Source: Craspedostauros australis
Lineage: Eukaryota
Reading direction: 5' to 3'
Assembly (NCBI GenBank): GCA_030167865.1
Contig: JALAGF010005804.1
Coordinates: 1 to 52,135, forward strand
DNA length: 52,135 nucleotides
Each line of letters opens with the position of its first letter. Positions within the stretch are counted from its first letter, which is position 1. A model generated the notes under the pieces. The model saw only the letters and a program-made list of their open reading frames with translations, was not told where the DNA came from and searched no databases. This document shows positions 1 to 11,100 of this stretch, one piece after another. A program made the position numbers and the translations under genes.

Positions 1-324
1 TCGCGCCAAAACGCACTCAACCAAGACCTTCCATCAGCAACCTGTGCGCTGAGAAGGTGCCTTGCACATCCAACGCATGGTCCGCTCGTGGGACCATGCC
101 CTAAGTGCTAAGCTTCGTACGGATGGCAACGCAACAAAGAAGTCGTTCGTCTATCTAAGTTCGTTCATGGAGCGTTATCCTGTCAAGGTCATCTTGCTGA
201 GCTCAACAAACTTCGGCCAGCGAAATTTTCCCAATCTCGCTCCATCTCGATCAACAGCTTCCTCTCTCTCTGTTTGCCCGCAATCACTCGCACAGCACCG
301 CGATACACCGCACTGAACCTCGCC

Positions 325-1266
325 ATGCATCCTGCACCTCAAGCAACTAATCATAAATCACTCGTTATCAGTTTACAAGAAATCCATCACCACAATACTT
401 ACGTGAATCCGCAACAACCAATACAACCAAGAACTGGAGTCGTTGGCTCTGAGGCGGCCGTGGATGGCACGGTTCCAACACAGTTCCCCACGAGGATCGT
501 TCCAACGAAGCACTCGAAGGCTTCGAAACGAGCCAAAGTACTTGTCGGTATTGCCGTGTTCGCCGCGATCGCCGCGAAGGTGACATCGGCGTACAACCCA
601 CAGTCACCATCGCAATCTGCGTTCGATGCACCTGCGAGGCCATTGCAGAACCAGGAGCCCGTCGCGTCAGTCGTGTTGCTACGCGTGGCCCTCAACGTTG
701 CGAACCGAAAATCCAAACGCTCCATCCTGTCCGTGCTGGATCAACTGGTCGATGCCGCCGACGTCGACAGCACCATGGGATTGCAGCAGCTCACTGCCGA
801 CATTGCGCTGGCAATCTCACGCAACAAATCGTCTATCGCCTCGGCCTACGCACAGACGGACGAATATGTCGACATGGAGGATGCCTACCGATCGTACGAC
901 AAGCTCTCCGTGGTGGAACGCAGCAAGTTCGATTCCGAATCACGCACCAAGTACACCAGCGAAGGTTACGCGCTCGATGCCGACACCAGATCCAAGTCGG
1001 AACCTGATCCGAATGCACCCAACGCAACCATGGCGGTGGTCACATTGATTCTTACCATCACGGGAGATCATTCCATCAAGGTCCCCAAAGACGAGATGCT
1101 CTCCACCGCGGACCTCGACAACCTCCTGGCCAAGATAGCATCAGAAGTGCGAGCTCCTGGTTGTTTGGAGGATGTGGAGATTCTTTGGACTCCAACAGAA
1201 CCTGACGAAACAATCACGAAGGATGAGGTGACAGCTGATTATCCCGACCTGAACATGTTGCTGTAG
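325..1266 (+). CDS. DUF1517 (FLAP1-like) domain protein
   Basis: The ORF from the first ATG at 325 contains a hydrophobic segment (VLVGIAVFAAIAAKV). It then has DUF1517-type motifs: VVLLRVALNV, GLQQLTADIALAISR, YDKLSVVERSKFDSES, MAVVTLIL, and the C-terminal VEILWTPTEPDETITKDEVTADYPDL. The start codon is uncertain. Confidence 0.8.
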   Translation: MHPAPQATNHKSLVISLQEIHHHNTYVNPQQPIQPRTGVVGSEAAVDGTVPTQFPTRIVPTKHSKASKRAKVLVGIAVFAAIAAKVTSAYNPQSPSQSAFDAPARPLQNQEPVASVVLLRVALNVANRKSKRSILSVLDQLVDAADVDSTMGLQQLTADIALAISRNKSSIASAYAQTDEYVDMEDAYRSYDKLSVVERSKFDSESRTKYTSEGYALDADTRSKSEPDPNAPNATMAVVTLILTITGDHSIKVPKDEMLSTADLDNLLAKIASEVRAPGCLEDVEILWTPTEPDETITKDEVTADYPDLNMLL

Positions 1267-2144
1267 AGTAGAGGATTCCAAGCTTTCCCTGACCGTCGAG
1301 GTGGACTACCATACATACCACTCGTAGTATACGTATGGTACATGAGCAGAACTCAAACTCTGTGTTGGTGGGGCATCGATCACGTGCGTATACACGGACA
1401 TACGCACTTTGGGAGAGAATACCGCCAGTTGCCTTCATTCCAGAGGCCGTGTGCACTACCTCTGTCTTTGCCACTACGATCAGAAAACATCGGGACGAAG
1501 CCGAGAAGAGACCGTCTCTCCTCTCGCCGCAGCACAAGGTCTCGCGTCGTACCTGGGCACGATGCTTTGGGATGGTTGCGGCAGGATGCGAGCACACAGA
1601 CGCACACCTTTAGCCGACGTTCGGCAGAAGCAATTGACTTGTAAAAGGACAAGACCAACCACATCGTGCTCTTCCACAGTCTTGGTTCCACCGAGCGTGC
1701 GAAGAATCTCATTGCTGAATCATGGGATGTGATCCCAGTGACAACACTCTTCATCGTCACCCGAAGCAGTTTCAACAGAGCGGAACGACAGATCAGTAGA
1801 TCCAGAAGGATAAGTCTCACAAGTAGACAACGCAAACACCTTGACTCAAGAGTTTGATTTGTGGCGTGTGCTCGTATAATGTGAATACAAGTGTTACAAT
1901 TTATTATATATTGCTGGTAAAATACATTACACAAGTATTTAGTATACATATTTACATATCACACTATTAATATATGGCGTTGCTTTATAAATCATGAATG
2001 CGGTCGTTCGCTGGGGTGCGCTCAAGTCGGCTGCTGCGCTGCGCTGCACTGTAACTGTTGCTTGCGCATTTGGTTGCCGACGAGCTGGATGTGGATTGCA
2101 TGTGGCGCGGCAATGGCGCCATCAACCTTCTCCGCAGGACAGGT

Positions 2145-5100
2145 TTAGATGCCTTGCTCGAGATCGATATCCTGCAACTCCAAGAAAGCTCCGTCCTTCG
2201 GAGATTCAAGGTCTTCCTCCTCCTCCGCTGTCAGGACGGCAGCAGGTGGGCTGGAGAAAGGACCGATGTTTTCGTACGTTGTGACATTCGGACTCCTTGG
2301 TCTCGCGATGTACACGGCGCCTTGCTTTGCTGCAGGCGGTTTCATTTCGGTCTCATCTGCTTCTCCGCCTGCCCCCGCCACGATGCCGCCTCTCTTCTGC
2401 TTCATGCGAGCCGGTGGGAATTCGAAAATGCTGGTGAGGCTGGTGTCTTCTTCAGACGATTTGTCGCCTTCGAAGGATCCCAGCAAGGACGCGGTGATGG
2501 CAGCGTCATGCTTTGGCTCCACCATGAAGAATCCATTCTGTTTCGTCAGGTGCTGCAGTAGCGATCCGACGGATGCTGTGAGGCTCCCGTCTGTCGACTT
2601 CGGTGAACCCAGACCATACTCGATGCTGTCGTAGTTGGATTCCTTGCTCTGCGTCGGATAGATGTTGAGCTGTTCGATTCTGGGCGACACAGTCGGTGTG
2701 ATTACCTCATCGAATGGGAACATCTTCTCCGAGGTGTCGAGTGGTGACACGACCTCGAAACCCTTGGACGTTCTGCGGCTCCTTGATTCTTTCGATCCAT
2801 CCGAAAGCAGGTTGGCAGGGAGGTAGACCTCGTCGGAATCCATCGTCGATGACCCCTCCACCTTCAGCAGCATAGTGTCGATGTCAGACAAGGGTTGTTC
2901 TTGTTGTTGTTGTTCTTGTTCTTGTTGTTGCTGCTGCTGTTCTTGTTGGTTTGGCGGGAGGGGAAGTGGAACCGGGAGTGGAAGTGGTGGCGACGGCGGC
3001 AGTGACAATGATGGTGGCTGCTCGATGTCAGGGCTGGGAAGTGCTGCTTCCACAGTGGTTCGCGGATCTCTCGTGGTGCTGGCATTGTTTGGTGTACTAG
3101 TGCCACCAAAGTCGAGTTGACTCATGGAGTCCTCGCTTGGCGTTCGCGTCTCCACGAAGATGTGAGGCTGTTCGATGTCTGCGTTGTAAGACGGGTTCGA
3201 CAATGAGCTTGGTGTCAACATGGGCATCATTTGTGTCGTTGAGAAGCCACCTGGTCCATGCATGGGGCTCGGAATCGGGCTGACTGGGCGGTTTGCTGGA
3301 TTCCGGAAAACAGTGATCAGGTTGAATGCTCGATCCGCTATGGATGACATCGTGGAGTCGTCGTTCGCTGGGCTGCTTGGCAGGGTGCCGAGCTGGCTTG
3401 TGGGAGTTGCGGCGCGTGGGGTGTGCAGATCGACGGTCGAGACGGAGTCTTCACTGCTGCTGACCGAGTATGGCTGCATCGTGAGCATCGGTGGCAATGC
3501 GCCAGCATCGATGAATCCGGAGAATTTCGTGAAGTGCGTGTCTTCGCTGCTGGCTTCTGAGATGGTGGAAAGCGCAGGTGCCGTGAAGAAGCCGTGGACT
3601 CTGGTCTCGCGGCACTGCGGACAGTTCGTCGAGAGGTATCGTGCTCCTTCACGCGTGAAATGGTAGTTGCCGTCGTGGTAGCTGTTCGGTGGATCGCCGG
3701 TGCCAACGGCGTAGACGAGACTGGTGTCCACAAAGTCAAACACTGACGGTTCTTGGTATGCCTCATTGTGCCTCTTGATGAGGAACAGGCCGATGCCTGT
3801 CAAGAAGGCGATTGGGAGGAAGCTGATCACGAAGATCAAACCGCCGCTGAAGCGGTTCTTGTCGCCCGTCCCACGTCGGTTGGATGAGTCGGGGTCATCC
3901 TGTTGGATGGAAGTATTTCAGTATTTCAGGTGAGCACAAGTGGTTGCGGTGGTGGTGGCGTTGGCGGCAGAAATAGAGCCGAAGAGGAGCACAAAAGAAA
4001 AAAACAATATTGTGGCGCGTGTGAGATGAGATGCACTGGGTGTTCATGGTGGTAGAAGGCAGCGCATCGAGGTGGCAGGCAAATCGATTCGTGGGCACTT
4101 ACACCATTTCTGTTGACGTTGTCGGGATCAATTCCTCCTCTTGTTGTGTTTCCGATTTCGGTGGGTTGGGAAGAGACCGTTGGGGTTGCTGTGGGTGCTT
4201 GCGTGTCATCCGCAGTCATTGTGGGAGACATGGTTGCACTTGTCGGAGCGGATGTTGATGGGGAACTGGCGGGAGATGCCGATGATGTTGGTCCAACAAC
4301 AGAAACAGACGGTGTCGATGTTGGTGGTGCTGTTGGCGACTCCGCGGGGCTCCCAGTGAAATCCGTGGGGTTGTTTGGTGCATTAACTGTCGTTGGTGCG
4401 CTTGTTGGTGCACTCGTTGGTGTCTGATTTCCGGATCCATTTCCTCCCGTTGTTGATGGCGATGCTGTTGGAGACGATGTTGTTGCGGGTGATGGTTGGT
4501 TTGGTTCATCCATTGCGGTTGGATTTTGGGTTGGAATGGCATCGTTCGGCATCTCCGAGCTGGTTGGAGAAGCCGTTGGCTGGTTTCCTGCAGACGACGA
4601 TGTTGGTTCTGAAGTTGCATCAGGAGATGCCGTGCCCACAGGAGTGGACGGAACCTCTGTTGGTGTGCCGGTGATGGTAACGGTGGTCATAGTTGGTGGC
4701 ATTGTTTGAGTTGGCACGCTAGTCGTGTCTGTTGCCATGGTGGGCGATTGGGGCACGGGTGTTGAAGTTGGCGGATTGGTGTCACCCAGCTGTGTTGGAA
4801 TAGGTGTGATCACAGATTGAGGTTCACCCGACGTCGTCGGCTCATTTTGAGATGGTGATGGAGCGACTCCATCAGTTGGCGCCGAGGTTCCAGATGGTGT
4901 ATTTGGGTTACCGTGTGCTGGAGGCGTCTGCAGAGCCGTCGGGGAAAGAGTTGGCGACACGGGGGCATCGCCAACTTGATCAGATGAGGATGGAGCAGGA
5001 GTGATTGATGTCGCTGTCGGTGCTGTTGTCGATACATTCGTATATCCAACGATCGTTGGTTCGCTTGTTGCTGGGGTACCTGGTTGATTTGTCTCCGTTG

Positions 5101-8100
5101 GCGTTGTTGGCACTGCAGGAGCTGGCGACAAGGTTGGAATAGCAGTTGGCGCGAATTGATCGGGTTGATCCGTCTGTGCCGAAACAACCGGGCTTGGTGA
5201 CAAAGTCGCAGAATCGGGCGACGGCGCATTTGGAGAACCGTCGGTTGTTGGTTGGTTGGTTCCTGTGCTCGCCCCCGCCGTTGGCGTTGGTTCCATGGTC
5301 GGGATGTTGGTTAGCGACGATGGTTGATCAGGAGTTGTTCCTGTTGTTTCGCTTGGCGATGGTGTCGGTGATTGCGCGATGTCACCTTCACTGGTCGGGA
5401 GGCCTGTGATAGTTGGTTCACCTGTTCCAGATGCTGATGATGGAGCCTTTGTTGGAGCACTTGTTGTCACCGTTAGTTCAGTTGGTTCAGTCTCTTCGCT
5501 TGGCGATGACGTTGGCGACTGCGCGATGTCACCTTCGCTGGTTGGAAGACCTGTGATAGTTGGCTCACCTGTTCCAGATGCTGATGATGGAGCCTTTGTT
5601 GGAGCACTTGTTGTCACCGTTAGTTCAGTTGGTTCAGTCTCTTCGCTTGGCGATGACGTCGGCGACTGCGCGATGTCACCTTCACTGGTTGGAAGACCTG
5701 TGATAGTTGGCTCGTCTGTTCCTGATGCTGATGATGGAGCCTTTGTTGGTGCACTTGTTGACACGGTGGGTTCAGTCGCTTCGCTTAGCGATGATGTCGG
5801 TGATTGCGTNNNNNNNNNNNNNNNNNNNNNNNNNNNNNNNNNNNNNNNNNNNNNNNNNNNNNNNNNNNNNNNNNNNNNNNNNNNNNNNNNNNNNNNNNNN
5901 NNNNNNNNNNNNNNNNNNNNNNNNNNNNNNNNNNNNNNNNNNNNNNNNNNNNNCCTTCACTGGTTGGAAGACCTGTGATAGTTGGCTCGTCTGTTCCTGA
6001 TGCTGATGATGGAGCCTTCGTTGGTGCATTGGTTGTCACGGTTGGTCCAGTCGCTTCGCTTGGTGATGATGTCGGCGATTGCGCGATGTCACCTTCGCTG
6101 GTCGGGAGGCCTGTGATAGTTGGCTCGTCTGTTCCTGATGCTGATGATGGAGCCTTCGTTGGTGCATTGGTTGTCGCAGTTGGTTCAGTGGGTTCAGTTG
6201 GCGATGGCGTCGGCGACTGCGCGATGTCACCTTCACTGGTTGGAAGACCTGTGATAGTTGGCTCGTCTGTTCCTGATGCTGATGATGGAGCCTTCGTTGG
6301 TGCATTGGTTGTCGCAGTTGGTTCAGTAGGCCCAGTTGTTTCGGTTGGCAATGACGTCGGCGATTGTGCGATATCACCTTCGCTGGTTGGAAGAGCTGTG
6401 ACAGTTGGTTCACCTGTTCCAGATGCTGATGATGGTGCCTTCGTTGGAGCACGCGTTGTCACAGTTGGTTCAGTTGGTTCAGTTGTTTCGGTTGGTGATG
6501 GCGTCGGCGATTGTGCGATGTCACCTTCGCTGGTCGGGAGGCCTGTGGTAGTTGGTTTGTCTGTTCCAGATGCTGATGATGGAGCCTTTGTTGGTGCATT
6601 GGTTGTCACGGTTGGTCCAGTCGCTTCGCTTGGTGATGACGTCGGCGACTGCGCGATGTCACCTTCGCTGGTCGGGAGGCCTGTGGTAGTTGGTTCACCT
6701 GTTCCAGATGCTGATGATGGAGCCTTTGTTGGTGCATTGGTTGTCAGGGTTGGTTCAGTGGGTTCAGTTGGCGATGGCGTCGGCGACTGCGCGATGTCAC
6801 CTTTACTGGTTGGAAGACCTGTGACAGTTGGTTCGTCTGTTCCAGATGCTGATGATGGAGCCTTTGTTGGTGCACTTGTTGTCACAGTTGGTTCAGCGGG
6901 TTCAGTTGGTGCCGCTGTGACGGTTGGTGCGGCTGTGCCGGTTGGTGAAGTTGGAGCCACAGGAGCCAAGGTTGGCATATTTGGCTGATTGGAGGTAGTT
7001 GGAGCTGCATTGTTCGGAGACGACGTGGGTGCGTTCGGTGCGACACTGAATCCAGCTGGCTGGGTAGTCGCGGTTGGTTGTTCGGTTCCAGCCTCCGACT
7101 CTGCCGTTGGAACATCAGTCGTTGCTGGAGATCCTGCTGGCGATTCTGCTGGAGATCCTGTTGATGAGTTTGGCTTCGTTGGAGCAGCTGGCTCCGCAGG
7201 AGACCCAGTGACGGTGGGCTCAGCCGTGACAGAGTCATCAGTTGGTTGGCTGATTGCTGTTGGTTCGCCTGTTCCTCCACCAATCCCAGTTTTAGGCCCT
7301 GCGTCCACGGATGGTGTTGGCGCGGTTGTGGATGTGGGGGCATCTACTGGCGCAGCAGGTTGGTCTGACGTCGTAGGCGCTGCTTTGGATGGAGCGGATG
7401 TTGGTGAAGTCCCCGTCGCATCATCACTTGTCGTTGGCTGACTGGTTCCAGCAGCCGGACCAGCTGTTGTTGTCACTGCTGTGGGCGATGCAGTCGTAGT
7501 AGGCGTTGCCGTAGGTGCGTCTTGATCATCAGTCAATTCAACTGGCTGAGAGGACGGTGTGGGGACACCTGTGTGTCCATCTGCCATGGTTGGCCGTCCT
7601 GTCGCTGTTGGTTCGCTTGTCCCCGCTGTCACGGTTGGTTCCGTGATCGTAGTTGGCGCTGTTGTTCCTGCATCCCCTCCTGTCATTCGAATAGTTGGGC
7701 TTTGTGTGCTTGCAACTGGTGGAATGGGCTGGGCTGAGCTCGTTGGGGCTGGGAGGGCTGCCGATGGCGACGGCGCTTCTGTGGATCCGTCCACGACTGT
7801 TGGCTGACCAGTTTCCACCGATGCATTTGTTCCTGACGTTGGCTGTTCTGTCTCGCTCCCAGTTCCAGACCCTGTCGCTGGACTCACACTCGGGGTTGCT
7901 TGCTGCGCTGGAGAAGGGGACGCCGTCACGGGCTGAACAGAAATGGTGGGGGCAGCAGTCGGGGATGGCCCTCCGGCCGTCGGGTTGTCACCATTCGTGG
8001 GATCACTTGGCGCAGATGGTGATGCAACTGCAGAAGTTGGTTGGCTGGTGTCGTCACTTTCAGCTGTTGGTTCAGTCGCCGTTGCTGGGGCAGCTGTTCC

Positions 8101-11100
8101 CGCTGGTTGGCCAGTTACAGGTCCCGCGGTAGACGGCGTGGCTGGAGCAGCAGCTGGTTGGCCGGTGGCATCATCTGTCGGTTGAGGTGCCGCGGTCGAT
8201 GGCGTACCTGGAGCAGACACTGGTTGGCCCGATGCGCTCGGCTCGGAGACGAAATCTGTTGGCGTTGGTGCGTTGGTTCCGCCTGTCGATGGGACGGTTG
8301 GCTGAGAAGGCAGGGTTGGAACAGCGGGGTTTGGCGACATAGTAGCTGAAGTTGGTGTAGAAACGGGCGCGTCGGCAACAGGAGGTATTTCTCTGTCAGT
8401 ACCTGTTGCAGTCGGCGAAGGCGATGGTGTCAACGTTGGTGCAAATGGTGCGGATGGCGCAGCTGGTGTGCTGGGGCTGGCTGGGGCGTTTGTGGCCTCT
8501 CCAGTTGTGGGCGCACCCTGCTGTACTGGCTGCAGCGTGGTTGGCGTTGTTGCCGCTGGAGATCGTGTCATCGTTGGTTCAGTTGTGAATGCGTTTCCTG
8601 TTGCTGATGTCGGCGCCGTTGTTGTCGTCGGCGATCCTGTTCCATTCTGTGGAGTTGGCAGCTGCGCTGATGGCTCAGCGACTGGGCTGTCCACTGTGGC
8701 TGGTTGCACGCTTGCGGCAGATGGATTGCTGGTGGAATCAATTCCTGTGGGTTCGCTTGTGATTTCGATAGCCGACGGGGAAGCCACAACGGTTGGTTGC
8801 AACGTCTCGCCTTGTGCCGCTGGCGATGGTGTCGCTGTGGGCGGAGGCGTTGTCCCATCGGCCGTTGGCTCACTGGTCGTGGCCGTTGGTGGCAACGGGG
8901 ATGCCGTAGTTGGCAACGAGGCTGCTGGCTGTGGTGAAGTAGTCAAGGCTGGCATCGTGGTTGGACTGGCTGGGTTTTGGTCGTCGCCGACGTTCGTTGG
9001 TGTAGATGTGGCTCCTGGTGTATTCGCGGAAGGTGCATCTGGCTGCGCGTCCGGCCTTCCTGTTGGCTGGATCGTCGTGGTTGCAGTTGGGCTTCCTGGT
9101 GACACGGGAGATGGTGACACGGTGGAAATGGACGCTGGTGATGGAGCGGCAGTACTTCCGACAGCAGTTACTGGTGCATTCGTTGCGTCAACAGAAGTTG
9201 GGGCCGATGTCGACGCCGTCTGCGAAGGCGTCGTTGGTACATCTGGAGATTGCCCTGTTGGAGTTGGCGCAAGGCTTGGTCCGTCGATTCCATCGGCTGT
9301 TGGTGCGATGATATCCACTGGTGAAGGCAACATGGTTGGGGCATCCAGTGGGACATCAGATGGAAGCCCGCCCTCACCCGTTGGCCCATTGCGCGTTGGC
9401 GACGCTGTTGTTGTTGCAGCCACCATGGTTGGCGCCGAAGTCGATCCTGCTGATGGGGTCGCAGCGCTGGGAGTACCAGCATCAGGAGTATTTGCTGGTT
9501 GTGCCGTCGATGTTGGCTGCTCCGTCCCCGAATTTCCTGTTGGAGTTCCTGGTTGGAAGGTTGGGGCGTTGCCACCGACAGGAGCTGCTGGAGTCGCTGT
9601 TGGGGCCGATGGCGACTGTGGGTCTTGCGCGGCTGGCGAAGTCGAAGGGCTGTCAGCGTTTGGTGCCGTTGTCGGAGATGGTCGTGTTGTTGTACTCGGT
9701 GTGGCTGGCGCTGACGTTGCCGCGGGCTGTTGTGAGATCGTTGGCCATGCAGTGTTTGACGGAGATAGGTCATTTGCTGTCGATGGTTGTTCAGTTGGCT
9801 CAACTGGTACCGCAGGGTTGCCAGCATCCGATGTTGGGGCTGGAGTCGTTGTTGATGGCGCTGCCTGTATGATCGGTTGAGATGAGATCGTCGGTGCAGA
9901 CGTTGGCGTTGGAAGGCCTCCATCTTGCGAAACTGTCGGTGCGTCCGTGAAATCGATTGTTGGAGATGCCGGTTGGTTCGTTTCAATTGCACCAGCGGGG
10001 GATGTTGTCGCAGAAACAGGCTGCGCTGTTGCTGTTGGCGAGGCAGGCGAGAGAGATGTTGTCCCTTCCGCCGTGGGGGTTGGCGCGGCTGTCGTTTGTG
10101 GGATTCCGTCTCCGACTGGCCGCATTGTTGCCACAGGCGTGCCGGGGGTTGCGGACGGAGATGCAGCCACGGGCTGAGGGGAAGAGGTCACTGTTGTCAT
10201 GGATGGCGAATCTGTCGCGGTGTCCGTCGCTGGAGCATCCGAAGGTGTTGGAAACTCAGTTTCTTCGTCATTACCTGGATCAGATGGAGCCTTGATTGAT
10301 GTCGGTTCTTCCGTCGCGCTCGACACAGTGGGTTCAGCCACCGACGCTGGTTGAGGTGAGATTGTGGCAGAGGTTGGTGAAGGTGTTGGTTCAATTTCTC
10401 CGCTTGGCGCATCCAGGTTGGTCGATGGAGCAGCTGTGACAGATGGCCCCAAAGCAGGTTGCGCCGTTGGTGTTGTTGCATCAGGGCTGTCTGTGGACGC
10501 TGGGGCCGTTGTTGCGGTTGGTTCCGAGGTCTGATCAGATGCTGGTTGGGTTGCGGGGCTCGCCGACGCGGTGGGTTCAGTCAACCCGCTTGGTGTTGCT
10601 GTCATGGTTGGTACCTCATTTGGTGGCTGCGAGTCACCGGTTGTTTCACTGGGGCTGCTGGTGGTAACTGGCGCGTTTCCTTCATCTGCGGATGTTGGCG
10701 GCTCTGTTCGAGTTGAATCCACGGGATCGAGACTCATCGTGGGTTGTGCGTACGTAGTGGGAGACGTGGTTGTGGTGATCGTGGGTGCGTCTGGACTTGC
10801 CGCAGGTGATGCTGACGATGCGACAGGCTGGGATGTCACGGATGGTGACGCATTTGGCTGGTCGGTTGGTGTGGAATCGTTCGATGGCTGTGGTGCGCGC
10901 GTTTCCGTTGGCGAGTATGTGCCGGTTGGACTGACTGATGGTTCTGCTGTGTTGGTTGCACCGGAACTCGTGGGACTCTCTTGTTCTCCGCCCAAACCAT
11001 CTGTCGGTGTCGGAGCAGTGGTTGACGTGGGAGGGATAGGACTTTGCGACGATGGAGAGGCAACCGGCTGAGATGTCTCCGATGGTGATGGTGTGTTGTT

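Noticed and set aside
5355..6890. Regular repeats resembling a CRISPR-like array
   Set aside because: The units are in-frame coding tandem repeats with no unique spacers, the context is eukaryotic, and there are no cas genes.
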